This document shows positions 34,039 through 44,292 of a stretch of 64,000 bases of DNA, in pieces (within the stretch, counting starts at the first letter, position 1; every line of letters starts with the position of its first letter). Under the pieces are notes generated by a model. The model ran no database searches and was not told where the DNA came from. It saw only the letters and a list, made by a program, of their open reading frames with translations. The position numbers and the translations under genes are program-made. The DNA is from a virus: IMG/VR virus record IMGVR_UViG_3300034022_000350, positions 3,072 to 67,071 of that record. One strand, 5' to 3'.

Positions 34039-36260
34039 TGTACGAACAAACTTTGTATAAGATTGTGCCTAACTACGTAAAGTCTAGTGTTATAAAGCAA
34101 AACAATAGATTAAAAAAATGGAAGTATGGGTATAATAAGGACCATGATATGGTTGTTATTAGCAAGAACGGAAAGATTGGTGAAATCATTGAAATCCAAA
34201 ATCTAAAGATAGCTCTGCCGTTAATAGAAAATGTTTACTCAAGATCTAAGAATAAAGAAGAGCAATACTGGGCTCAAATGGAGTTCCCTAAAGACTTAAG
34301 TAAAATTAAAAGTACATTTGATTGGGATAAACAACCAGATACTTTTAAAGACCGTTGGTATGATTATATTGACAATGAGTTTAAATATCGTGAAGAAGGT
34401 TTAGCGTTTTATAATAACGGTATTCCTACATATATAACAGGTACACATTATATGTACTTGCAATGGAGTAAGATAGATGTCGGCGCACCTGACTTCAGAG
34501 AGTCAAATAGATTGTTCTTTATATTTTGGGAAGCTTGTAAAGCAGATCCAAGATGTTATGGAATGTGTTACTTAAAGAATAGACGTTCCGGGTTTTCTTT
34601 TATGTCTTCTGCGGAATTAGTAAACCAAGCAACAATATCAAGTGATTCAAGATTTGGTATATTATCAAAAGCTGGTGCAGATGCAAAGACAATGTTCACC
34701 GATAAGGTTGTACCAATATCATTAAACTATCCTTTCTTTTTTAAACCTATCCAAGATGGTATGGATAGACCTAAAACAGAATTAGCATATAGAGTGCCAG
34801 CTTCTAAATTCACAAGAAAGAAACTAGATAGTAAAGAGAATCAGGCAGAACTTGAAGGCCTTGACACCACAATTGATTGGAAGAATACCGGCGATAACTC
34901 TTATGATGGTGAAAAGTTAAAACTTTTAGTACATGATGAGAGCGGCAAATGGTTAAGACCTGATAATATTTTGAATAACTGGCGAGTTACAAAAACTTGT
35001 TTAAGATTAGGTAGTAGGATTATTGGTAAGTGCATGATGGGATCAACATCAAACGCTTTAGATAAAGGTGGTGATAATTTCAAAAAATTATATTACAATT
35101 CCGATGTTACAAAAAGAAACCGCAATGGACAGACTAGCTCAGGATTATATAGTTTGTTCATACCTATGGAATGGTCGTACGAAGGATTCATTGATACTTA
35201 TGGGATACCTGTGTTCGATACTCCAAAAAAACCAGTCAAAGGTGTAGATGGCAATGAAATTGAATACGGTGTTATCGAGCATTGGCAAAATGAAGTTGAT
35301 GGTTTAAAGTCAGATCAAGACGGTCTAAATGAATACTATAGACAATTTCCAAGGACAGAGCAACATGCGTTTAGAGATGAGACTAAACAATCTTTATTTA
35401 ATCTTACAAGAATATACGAACAGATAGATTATAACGAAGATTTAAGGAATAACGATATTGTAACAAGAGGTAGTTTTCAATGGGAAAACGGCATACCAGA
35501 TACTAAAGTAGTATTTTACCCAAACAAAGATGGTAGATTTCTTGTTTCTTGGGTTCCGCCATTTCAACTGCAAAACAATGTAATTGTTAAGAATGGTTTA
35601 AAGTATCCAGGTAATGCACATTGTGGGGCATTTGGGTGTGACCCTTATGATATATCAGGAGCAGTAGGAGGAGGCGGATCTAACGGAGCATTAAGTGGTC
35701 TTACTAAATTTTCCATGGATGACGTTCCTCCCAATAGATTCTTTTTAGAATATATAGCTAGACCCCAGACCGCTGAGATATTTTTTGAAGAAGTTTTGAT
35801 GGCCTGTGTGTTTTATGGTTTCCCTATACTTGCAGAGAATAATAAACCTAGATTACTGTTTCACTTTAAAAGAAGAGGCTATAGAGGCTACTCTATGAAT
35901 AGACCTGATAAAGAATGGAATAAATTGTCTATAACAGAAAGAGATATTGGCGGAATACCGAACTCAAGCGAAGATATAAAACAAGCACACGCAGCAGCTA
36001 TTGAGTCTTATATAGAAGATTTTGTTGGCCTTAGAGAAGATGGTTATGGCGATATGTATTTCAACAAAACATTAAATGATTGGGCAAGGTTTAATATCAA
36101 TGATAGAACGAAGCATGATGCTTCTATAAGTTCCGGTTTAGCTATAATGGCATGTAATAAAAACAGATATGCTCCTTCAGCCCCTTTAATACGGCAGACT
36201 TATAATTTAGGAATTAAAAAATACGACAATACTGGTTCTTCATCAAAAATACACAATTAA
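34038..36260 (+). CDS. Terminase large subunit
   Basis: KNRRSGFS Walker A, VHDESGKW Walker B, FGCDPYD nuclease motif, AENN, and HDASI. Confidence 0.92.
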   Translation: MYEQTLYKIVPNYVKSSVIKQNNRLKKWKYGYNKDHDMVVISKNGKIGEIIEIQNLKIALPLIENVYSRSKNKEEQYWAQMEFPKDLSKIKSTFDWDKQPDTFKDRWYDYIDNEFKYREEGLAFYNNGIPTYITGTHYMYLQWSKIDVGAPDFRESNRLFFIFWEACKADPRCYGMCYLKNRRSGFSFMSSAELVNQATISSDSRFGILSKAGADAKTMFTDKVVPISLNYPFFFKPIQDGMDRPKTELAYRVPASKFTRKKLDSKENQAELEGLDTTIDWKNTGDNSYDGEKLKLLVHDESGKWLRPDNILNNWRVTKTCLRLGSRIIGKCMMGSTSNALDKGGDNFKKLYYNSDVTKRNRNGQTSSGLYSLFIPMEWSYEGFIDTYGIPVFDTPKKPVKGVDGNEIEYGVIEHWQNEVDGLKSDQDGLNEYYRQFPRTEQHAFRDETKQSLFNLTRIYEQIDYNEDLRNNDIVTRGSFQWENGIPDTKVVFYPNKDGRFLVSWVPPFQLQNNVIVKNGLKYPGNAHCGAFGCDPYDISGAVGGGGSNGALSGLTKFSMDDVPPNRFFLEYIARPQTAEIFFEEVLMACVFYGFPILAENNKPRLLFHFKRRGYRGYSMNRPDKEWNKLSITERDIGGIPNSSEDIKQAHAAAIESYIEDFVGLREDGYGDMYFNKTLNDWARFNINDRTKHDASISSGLAIMACNKNRYAPSAPLIRQTYNLGIKKYDNTGSSSKIHN

Positions 36261-38656
36261 TGAATATATATACAAATACGAATAGTGCTTTTCCAAGTCA
36301 AGTAGTTAGTGATGCCGAAAAGGCATCTATGGAATATGGACTACAAGTATCTAGAGCAATAGAACAGGAATGGTTTGATCAAGGTAGAACCACGCAGAAC
36401 AGGTATGTTTCTAATTGGAATAATTTTCATCAGTTAAGATTATATGCTAGAGGAGAACAATCAGTGCAAAAGTATAAAGACGAATTAGCTATTAATGGTG
36501 ACTTATCTTATCTTAATCTTGATTGGAAACCTGTACCGGTTATTTCTAAATTTGTTGATATTGTAGTAAATGGTATGTCACAAAAAACATACGATATTAA
36601 AGCCTACGCACAAGATCCTGAATCATTAAAAAATAGAACAGCTTATGCTGAATCGGTGCTTAGAGATATGTACTCAAAGGAATTGGTTAATAAAGCAAAG
36701 GCCGTATTTGGTAAAGACTTTTCTTCTTCTCCATTAGCCCAAGATGAATTACCAGAAAGCAAAGAAGAATTAGATTTGCATATGCAATTATCTTATAAGC
36801 AATCTATTGAAATAGCGGAAGAGGAAGCAATTAATAACGTGCTTGATGCCAACAAATGGGATTTAACAAGGCGAAGATTAAATTACGATCTTACAGTATT
36901 AGGTATCGCTTGTACTAAAACGAGTTTTAATGTTTCAGAAGGTATTAAAGCTGAGTATGTTGATCCAGCTTATTTGGTATATTCGTATACAGAAGATCCT
37001 AACTTTGAAGATATATATTATGTTGGAGAGGCTAAAGCAGTAACATTACCAGAATTAAAAAAACAATATCCGCATATTACAGAAGAAGAGTTGTATAAAA
37101 TACAACAGATGCCTGGTAATAGACAGTATATAACTGGTTGGGGTAACTACGATGAAAATACCGTACAAGTTTTGTATTTTGAGTACAAGACATATATGAA
37201 CCAAGTGTTCAAGATAAAGAAAGGTGATAACGGTTTAGAAAAATCTATTGAAAAAACAGATGAGTTTAATCCGCCTGAAAATGATAACTTTGAAAAAGTA
37301 TCTAGGACTATAGAGGTACTATATACTGGAGCAAAGATACTTGGTACGCAAACAATGCTAGAATGGAAATTGTCTGAAAACATGACTAGACCATTTGCAG
37401 ATACTACTAAGGTAGAAATGAATTATGTTATTTGCGCCCCCAGAATGTATAAAGGTAGAATTGATTCTACAGTTAATAAGATTACCGGGTTCGCGGATAT
37501 GATCCAGCTGACACACTTAAAATTACAACAGGTGATGTCAAGAGTTGTGCCAGATGGAGTATTTGTTGATGTTGACGGGCTGGCTGAAGTTGACTTAGGT
37601 AACGGAACAAATTACAACCCAGCAGAAGCGTTGAATATGTATTTCCAAACAGGTAGTATTGTAGGTAGATCATTAACGCAAGATGGCGGAATGAATGCGG
37701 GTAAAATACCTATCCAGGAATTAAATAGCTCTTCTGGCCAAGCTAAAATATCATCGTTAATACAAACATATCAGTATTATTTACAGTTGATAAGAGACGT
37801 CACGGGATTGAATGAAGCAAGAGATGGTAGTACTCCTGATAAAGATTCTTTGGTAGGATTACAAAAGATGGCCGCTAACGCATCAAACACTGCTACAAGA
37901 CATATACTACAATCTAGTATGTTCTTAACCCTTAGAATATGTGAGAATATATCTTTAAGAATTGCGGATTGCTTAAACTATCCATTAACCGCTAGAGTAT
38001 TAGAGCAGAGTATAACAACATATAACGCAAAGACTTTGGATGAGATTAAAAATCTTAATCTACACGACTTTGGTATATACTTAGAATTAGAACCTGACGA
38101 AGAAGAAAAAGGTATGCTTGAACAAAATATTCAAGTAGCACTTAAAAGCGGTAATATTGATCTTGATGACGCAATAGATATTCGACAGATACGCAATCTT
38201 AAGTTGGCTAATCAGCTATTAAAACTAAGAAAAAAGAAAAAGCAGAAAGCAATGCAAGATGCTCAAATGCAGAATATACAAGCACAAGCTCAAGCAAACC
38301 AACAAACTGCTCAGCAGGCAGCTTTATTCGAAGTACAGAAACAACAAGCATTGACACAAGAAACTGTTAATGTTGAAAGAGCCAAATCTCAATTTGATAT
38401 TCAAAGACTACAAATGGAGATGCAGCTTAAACAACAAATGATGGAGCAAAAGTTTCAATACGATATGCAATTAGCGCAAGTACAATCACAAGTTAAAACA
38501 CAAGGATTGGAATTAGCTGAAGATAGAAAAGATAAGCGTACTAAAATACAAGCGACTCAGCAATCAGAATTAATAGATCAAAGAAAGAACAATGCTTTGC
38601 CTAAAGATTTTGAATCAGAAGAAGATGACTTAATGGCAACATTAGGTATGTCTTAA
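36260..38656 (+). CDS. Portal protein
   Basis: Follows the terminase; 798 aa; VTGLNEARDG and a Gln-rich C-terminal barrel. Confidence 0.85.
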   Translation: MNIYTNTNSAFPSQVVSDAEKASMEYGLQVSRAIEQEWFDQGRTTQNRYVSNWNNFHQLRLYARGEQSVQKYKDELAINGDLSYLNLDWKPVPVISKFVDIVVNGMSQKTYDIKAYAQDPESLKNRTAYAESVLRDMYSKELVNKAKAVFGKDFSSSPLAQDELPESKEELDLHMQLSYKQSIEIAEEEAINNVLDANKWDLTRRRLNYDLTVLGIACTKTSFNVSEGIKAEYVDPAYLVYSYTEDPNFEDIYYVGEAKAVTLPELKKQYPHITEEELYKIQQMPGNRQYITGWGNYDENTVQVLYFEYKTYMNQVFKIKKGDNGLEKSIEKTDEFNPPENDNFEKVSRTIEVLYTGAKILGTQTMLEWKLSENMTRPFADTTKVEMNYVICAPRMYKGRIDSTVNKITGFADMIQLTHLKLQQVMSRVVPDGVFVDVDGLAEVDLGNGTNYNPAEALNMYFQTGSIVGRSLTQDGGMNAGKIPIQELNSSSGQAKISSLIQTYQYYLQLIRDVTGLNEARDGSTPDKDSLVGLQKMAANASNTATRHILQSSMFLTLRICENISLRIADCLNYPLTARVLEQSITTYNAKTLDEIKNLNLHDFGIYLELEPDEEEKGMLEQNIQVALKSGNIDLDDAIDIRQIRNLKLANQLLKLRKKKKQKAMQDAQMQNIQAQAQANQQTAQQAALFEVQKQQALTQETVNVERAKSQFDIQRLQMEMQLKQQMMEQKFQYDMQLAQVQSQVKTQGLELAEDRKDKRTKIQATQQSELIDQRKNNALPKDFESEEDDLMATLGMS

Positions 38657-38688
38657 AAAAATATTAACCAATTTTATATTATTATATC

Positions 38689-39873
38689 ATGTCAGAGACT
38701 ATTAAACAAGAGGGGGATTTTAAAATATCCAAACCTAAAAAACCAAAAAATTTAAACAAGCAAACTGAAGTTACAAAAGTTGACTTTGTAAATCACGAAA
38801 AAGAAGCTGAAGTACTAAAAGTAGTTATACCAACATTAGAAACAGATAAAGATGCCATTCAAGAGCAAAGCACAAATGAAAGCATGTTACGCACAGAACA
38901 GTCCGAGTTGGGATTGCAAGAAGTGGTCGAAGGAAACGAAGGGTCCTTTGAAAATGTTATACATGAAATCACAAACGAAGAAGTAGTACCAGTTATTACT
39001 GAAAAAGAAGTTGAGAAGCATGTTCAAGAGCAAGTTGCAACAGGTAAACCATTGCCTGAAAATATTGAGAAGTTAGTTTCTTTTATGGAAGAAACCGGGG
39101 GAACAATAGATGACTATGTAAGATTGAACACGGATTACTCATCTGTTGATAATGAATTATTACTAAAAGAGTATTATAAGAAATCACGTCCGCATTTAGA
39201 TATGGAAGAGATTGAATTTATGATGGAGGACACTTTTAGTTATGATGAAGACGAAGATGAAGAGCGAGACATTAAAAAGAAAAAACTCGCATTTAAAGAA
39301 GAAGTTGCAAAAGCGCGAACTTTCTTAGAAGAACTCAAAGGGAAATATTATCAGGAAATCAAGTTGAGACCTGGTGCTTCTCAAGAGCAAAAAGAAATTA
39401 GCGACTTTTTTAACAGATATAAAAAAAATGAAGAAGAGTCAAAGGTGCGACACGAACGTTTTAAACAGGAAACTAAAAAATTATTTACAGAAGATTTCAA
39501 AGGTTTTGAATACAATGTAGGTGAAAAAAGATTTAGATACACTGTCCAAAATAACGAACAAGTTGCAGAAAAGCAATCAGACATTAATAATTTTATAGGG
39601 AAGTTCCTAGATAAAGAAGGTAATGTTAATGATTCTAAAAACTATCATAAAGCTCTTTATACCGCTATGAATTCCGATAAGATTGCTCAACATTTCTACG
39701 AACAAGGGAAGGCAGATGCTATCAAAGAGGTAATGACTAATTCAAAAAATCCTAGTTTAGCACAGCCAAGACAAACGTCAGGAGAAGTGTTTATCAATGG
39801 TTTAAGAGTTAAGTCTGTTAGTGGTTTAGATTCTTCAAAATTAAGAATACAAACAAAAAAATTTAACAACTAA
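38689..39873 (+). CDS. Putative scaffolding protein
   Basis: Acidic and helical; lies between portal and capsid genes. Confidence 0.55.
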   Translation: MSETIKQEGDFKISKPKKPKNLNKQTEVTKVDFVNHEKEAEVLKVVIPTLETDKDAIQEQSTNESMLRTEQSELGLQEVVEGNEGSFENVIHEITNEEVVPVITEKEVEKHVQEQVATGKPLPENIEKLVSFMEETGGTIDDYVRLNTDYSSVDNELLLKEYYKKSRPHLDMEEIEFMMEDTFSYDEDEDEERDIKKKKLAFKEEVAKARTFLEELKGKYYQEIKLRPGASQEQKEISDFFNRYKKNEEESKVRHERFKQETKKLFTEDFKGFEYNVGEKRFRYTVQNNEQVAEKQSDINNFIGKFLDKEGNVNDSKNYHKALYTAMNSDKIAQHFYEQGKADAIKEVMTNSKNPSLAQPRQTSGEVFINGLRVKSVSGLDSSKLRIQTKKFNN

Positions 39874-39884
39874 AATTAAAGATT

Positions 39885-41339
39885 ATGTCAAACATATCTC
39901 CGCAATTCGGTTCAATTAAACCGAGTCAAAAACAACAAGCGTTAGAAACAAATTACTTAAACTTCGCAAATGGAAGTGGTAATGATTTCGCGCAACAATA
40001 TTTACCAGAAATCTACGAAGCAGAAGTAGAACGTTATGGGAACAGAACTTTGTCTGGATTCTTGCGTATGGTAGGTGCTGAAATGCCTATGTCTTCTGAT
40101 CAAGTTATTTGGTCTGAACAAAATAGATTGCATATCGCTTACAACGATGTAACAGCAGCTACTGCTACTACATTGACGTTTACAACTGGCGGCACAGGCA
40201 GTAACTTCGTTGCTAATGTAATTTCTCCGGGACAAACTTTGGTAGTTATGGATCCAACAACAGGTAAAGAATTAAAAGTACTTGTTACTGCTTCTGCAAC
40301 TGTATCCACTACAGCCACTATCACTGTTGCTACTTATACTCAAGCTAGTTTGTTTTCTGGGGCAGTAGTATGGAGCGCTGCAAATACAAACCTTAAAATC
40401 TTTGTATACGGTTCTGAATTTAAGAAAGGTACTACAGACGCGTCAATCAACGCTGTAACCCCCTCTTTCCGACAGTTTAACAACTCCCCTATCATCATCA
40501 AAGAAAGATACCAAATCTCTGGTTCTGACACTGCTCAAATCGGGTGGGTTGAAATTGCTACCGAGGATGGAGCTGGCGGATTCTTATGGTACTTAAAAGC
40601 AGAGTCTGAAACAAGACTACGTTTTGAAGATTACTTGGAGATGTCAGTTATTGAAGGCGAATTAGCTGCTGCTAGTTCAGGTGTTGCTAACATTGCTGCT
40701 ACAGGTGACGGTGCTGTGTATAAAGGAACTCAAGGTCTTTTCGCCGCTATCAAAGATAGAGGTAATGTTGTAAATAACTTTACGGCTGTTGGTGGCTTAA
40801 GTGATTTCGATTCTATCTTGAAGAACTTAGATACTCAAGGAGCTATCGAAGAAAACATGTTCTTCTTGAACAGATCTACTTCGCTTGACTTTGATGATAT
40901 GCTTGCTTCTTTATCTTCTGGGGCTGCCGGTGGTGTTGCTTACGGTTTATTTGAAAACTCTGAGCAAATGGCATTGAATTTAGGTTTCTCTGGTTTCCGT
41001 CGTGGATCTTATGATTTCTACAAAACAGATTGGAAATACTTAAACGATGCTTCTACTCGTGGTGGAATTGCTAACACTTCTATTGATGGTGTACTTATTC
41101 CTGCTGGAACATCTACTGTATACGATCAACAATTAGGAACTAACATCCGTAGACCTTTCTTACACGTTCGTTACCGTGCTAGTCAAGCAGACGATAGACG
41201 TATGAAGTCTTGGATCACCGGATCTGTTGGAGGTGCTTACACTTCTGATCTTGATGCAATGCAAGTACACTTCTTATCAGAAAGATGTTTAGTTACACAA
41301 GCTGCTAACAATTTCGTATTGTTCACTGCATCAGTGTAA
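39885..41339 (+). CDS. Major capsid protein
   Basis: Position, size, downstream terminator and GTQGLFAAIKDRG motif. Confidence 0.8.
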   Translation: MSNISPQFGSIKPSQKQQALETNYLNFANGSGNDFAQQYLPEIYEAEVERYGNRTLSGFLRMVGAEMPMSSDQVIWSEQNRLHIAYNDVTAATATTLTFTTGGTGSNFVANVISPGQTLVVMDPTTGKELKVLVTASATVSTTATITVATYTQASLFSGAVVWSAANTNLKIFVYGSEFKKGTTDASINAVTPSFRQFNNSPIIIKERYQISGSDTAQIGWVEIATEDGAGGFLWYLKAESETRLRFEDYLEMSVIEGELAAASSGVANIAATGDGAVYKGTQGLFAAIKDRGNVVNNFTAVGGLSDFDSILKNLDTQGAIEENMFFLNRSTSLDFDDMLASLSSGAAGGVAYGLFENSEQMALNLGFSGFRRGSYDFYKTDWKYLNDASTRGGIANTSIDGVLIPAGTSTVYDQQLGTNIRRPFLHVRYRASQADDRRMKSWITGSVGGAYTSDLDAMQVHFLSERCLVTQAANNFVLFTASV

Positions 41340-41345
41340 AAATAT

Positions 41346-41390
41346 GGTGATATTACCCCTGCTTCATCGTAGGGGTAATTATTACCTTTT
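41346..41390 (+). terminator. Intrinsic terminator after the capsid gene
   Basis: ATTACCCCT...AGGGGTAAT stem and T-run. Confidence 0.7.
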
Positions 41391-41416
41391 AAAAAATTAT
41401 TAAATTATATTATATT

Positions 41417-42247
41417 ATGAAACAAAATACAAAAGAAACAGTAGTAGATCAAGAAGTAACAAATGAAGTTGTTGCAACAACAAAACCTCAAGAACCGAAA
41501 CAAGCAAAGAGTACTTGGGAGATTAAAGATAGAACTTATATAATTGCCGATAGTGCATTCCCATTAACATACACGCTACAGTGTAGACATACTCCAAGGT
41601 ATCCATTGTTATGGTTTAATCCAGACACAAAAGAACAAGAAGAATTAAGATATGCTACTAATCAAAATTCGCCATTAGTAAGAGAGCAGAAAGGGCAAGT
41701 AACGCTAGGACATGTTATATTTGAAAACGGAACGCTGTTTGTTCCAAAAGAAAAGCAAAACTTACAAAAATTATTATCTATTTATCATCCGGGGCTTAAT
41801 ATAAAGTTTACAGAGTTTGACGCAGTCGTTGAAGCGGAAGATGACTTAGATTATTTAGAATTAGAGGTTGACGCGATGAATGCGGCTTTAGCAATGGATA
41901 TTGATATGGCAGAAGCTATTGTAAGAGTTGAAGTAGGATCTAGAGTCAATAAGATGAGTTCTAAGGAAGTAAAAAGAGATTTGTTACTACTAGCTAGGAA
42001 AAATCCTTCTTTGTTCTTAGAATTGGCTAATGATGATAATGTTCCTTTAAGAAACTTAGCGATTAGAGCAACTGAAACTGGAATTATTAAACTATCACAA
42101 GATCAAAGAACATTTATGTGGGGAGAGAATGATAGAAAGCTTATGACAGTACCGTTTGATGAGAATCCGTATTCTGCAATGGCGGCGTTTTTCAAAACAG
42201 ATGAAGGAATTACAATCTTTAAGTCTATAGAGAAAAAACTTAAATAA
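41417..42247 (+). CDS. Conserved hypothetical protein (head module)
   Basis: 276-aa ORF after the capsid gene. Confidence 0.8.
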   Translation: MKQNTKETVVDQEVTNEVVATTKPQEPKQAKSTWEIKDRTYIIADSAFPLTYTLQCRHTPRYPLLWFNPDTKEQEELRYATNQNSPLVREQKGQVTLGHVIFENGTLFVPKEKQNLQKLLSIYHPGLNIKFTEFDAVVEAEDDLDYLELEVDAMNAALAMDIDMAEAIVRVEVGSRVNKMSSKEVKRDLLLLARKNPSLFLELANDDNVPLRNLAIRATETGIIKLSQDQRTFMWGENDRKLMTVPFDENPYSAMAAFFKTDEGITIFKSIEKKLK

Positions 42248-42266
42248 TACGTAATACTAATATATA

Positions 42267-42300
42267 GGCGGATATTGTAAATTAAACTGCAATATCCGCT
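42267..42300 (+). promoter_or_regulatory. Stem-loop downstream of a candidate late promoter (42245)
   Basis: GCGGATATTG...CAATATCCGC. Confidence 0.5.
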
Positions 42301-42323
42301 TAATATTATAATAAAAATAGCAA

Positions 42324-43019
42324 ATGGCAGTAAGTGTAGACACAGTATATAGAACAGTTCTATTAATTATAAATAAAGAACAAAGAGGTAACTTAACTCC
42401 AGACGAGTTTAATAAGACCGCGACTCAAGTTCAATTGGAAATATTCAATGAATACTTTGAAGATCTAAACCAAGTTCTTAGAGTTCAAGGTAATGATAGC
42501 GAATATTCAGATAGAATAAAAAACCTAGAAGAAAAAATAGCTTTTTTTCATTCTAGTGGAGTTTGTGATTTTTCTACTGATCACTTTACTATTCCTGATC
42601 CTACTAATTTTTATAAAATAGGCACTGTAATATATAAAAATGAAAAAGAGATTCAATATGTTCAACCAAACGAACTATTAGAACTAATGTTATCTCCCGT
42701 AACCAAGCCTTCGCTTTATTGGCCTATATATGAATATAGAAACTTCAATATATATGTATATCCAAAAACCATACAAGACGATGTTTCTTGTACATATATT
42801 AAGAAACCTTTAAATCCAATATGGAACTTTACATTAGGGCCAAATAATCAATATATTTACAATCCAGGAGCATCACAAGATTTTCAATTACATCCATCAG
42901 AACAAAATAATTTAATAACTAGAATATTACTTTATTCAGGTATAGTTGTAAATGATCCGCAAATAGTTGGTATAGCTGCTCAACAGATACAAGCAGAGAA
43001 TATTAATTCAAAATCATAA
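42324..43019 (+). CDS. Tail ring/adaptor-like structural protein
   Basis: Position in the structural module; NKEQRG.LTPDEFN. Confidence 0.6.
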   Translation: MAVSVDTVYRTVLLIINKEQRGNLTPDEFNKTATQVQLEIFNEYFEDLNQVLRVQGNDSEYSDRIKNLEEKIAFFHSSGVCDFSTDHFTIPDPTNFYKIGTVIYKNEKEIQYVQPNELLELMLSPVTKPSLYWPIYEYRNFNIYVYPKTIQDDVSCTYIKKPLNPIWNFTLGPNNQYIYNPGASQDFQLHPSEQNNLITRILLYSGIVVNDPQIVGIAAQQIQAENINSKS

Positions 43020-43025
43020 TAGAAT

Positions 43026-44288
43026 ATGTCAACCCCAAACAATGGATTAATAACAGAAACTAATAGACAGTATTACGAAGGTGCTCAAGGTTTTGAAATA
43101 ATATATACTCCAGGAGGAGGTAGATTGCCTTGGACTAATACTTTTGAAACAACTTTTAACACTGATTTAGTATTTGGTGGCTGGGATCCCAACGATACAG
43201 ATTACGCTTTAAATAACTTTAAATTATACTGGAGCGCAACTGGATTTCCTGGCACGTTTCAAGAGGTGGTTACAGAGTATTCTGTAATTGGTAATACAAT
43301 AAGATATATTAACTCTGGGTTGCCGGAAACTAATAGTGTTTTAGTTGTTCAATTAAAAACATTAAGCGGCGGTAGATACGGAGATCAAGATGATCCATCT
43401 ACTTTAGCTTATGGCGAAACTACAGAGCAAAATTACGGCAGTTATTCTTACGTAACCCTTAATGATATTGTGAGTAACTTTATTGTTGCTTATGTTGGAC
43501 ACGGGAAATTAATAAACACCGTAAAAAGAACAGACGTAATATTTCATGCTAAACGTAGCATGCAAGAGTTTAGTTATGATACTTTAAAAAGTATTAAATC
43601 ACAAGAACTAAATATACCGCCAAGCCTAAGTGTTATAATTCCACAAGATTATGTAAATTACGTTAAGATGTCTTGGATAGATCATTCAGGAATAAAGCAT
43701 CCTATATACCCATCGAACAATATAACTATTAGCCCCTATGAGAATCCTATACAGGATAATAGAGGTATGCCGATTCAAGATAACTTTGAATCAAATATAA
43801 CGGGTACATCGATAACTGAAGAAAGATGGGCAACTAATAACAAAGAACGCGTAAAGTTTGATATTAATAACTTTGTAGGGGATTGGTATAATGGCGATAT
43901 GTGGGTTCAAAGTGCTTTCTATGGTAGAAGATACGGATTAGATCCTCAATATGCAAACATGAACGGTTATTTCACTATGAACGAAAGAGAAGGCAAAATT
44001 TCTTTTAGTAGTGACTTAGTTGGTAAACTAATAATATTAGAATATGTGTCTGATGGTTTGGCATACGATTTAGATTCTAGAGTGCCTAAATTGGCCGAGG
44101 AGGCTATGTATGCTTATATTTTACATGCTATAATATCTACTAGATCAAATCAACCTGAATATCTTGTAAATAGATTAAAGCAAGAAAAAAGAGCAAAATT
44201 AAGAAATACTAAAATTAGATTATCTAATATAAAGTTAGAAGAGATTACGCAAGTATTAAGAGGTAAATCTAAATGGATTAAACACTAA
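43026..44288 (+). CDS. Structural protein (ring/adaptor-like)
   Basis: IPQDYVNYVK...LEYVSDG; position. Confidence 0.6.
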   Translation: MSTPNNGLITETNRQYYEGAQGFEIIYTPGGGRLPWTNTFETTFNTDLVFGGWDPNDTDYALNNFKLYWSATGFPGTFQEVVTEYSVIGNTIRYINSGLPETNSVLVVQLKTLSGGRYGDQDDPSTLAYGETTEQNYGSYSYVTLNDIVSNFIVAYVGHGKLINTVKRTDVIFHAKRSMQEFSYDTLKSIKSQELNIPPSLSVIIPQDYVNYVKMSWIDHSGIKHPIYPSNNITISPYENPIQDNRGMPIQDNFESNITGTSITEERWATNNKERVKFDINNFVGDWYNGDMWVQSAFYGRRYGLDPQYANMNGYFTMNEREGKISFSSDLVGKLIILEYVSDGLAYDLDSRVPKLAEEAMYAYILHAIISTRSNQPEYLVNRLKQEKRAKLRNTKIRLSNIKLEEITQVLRGKSKWIKH

Positions 44289-44292
44289 TAAA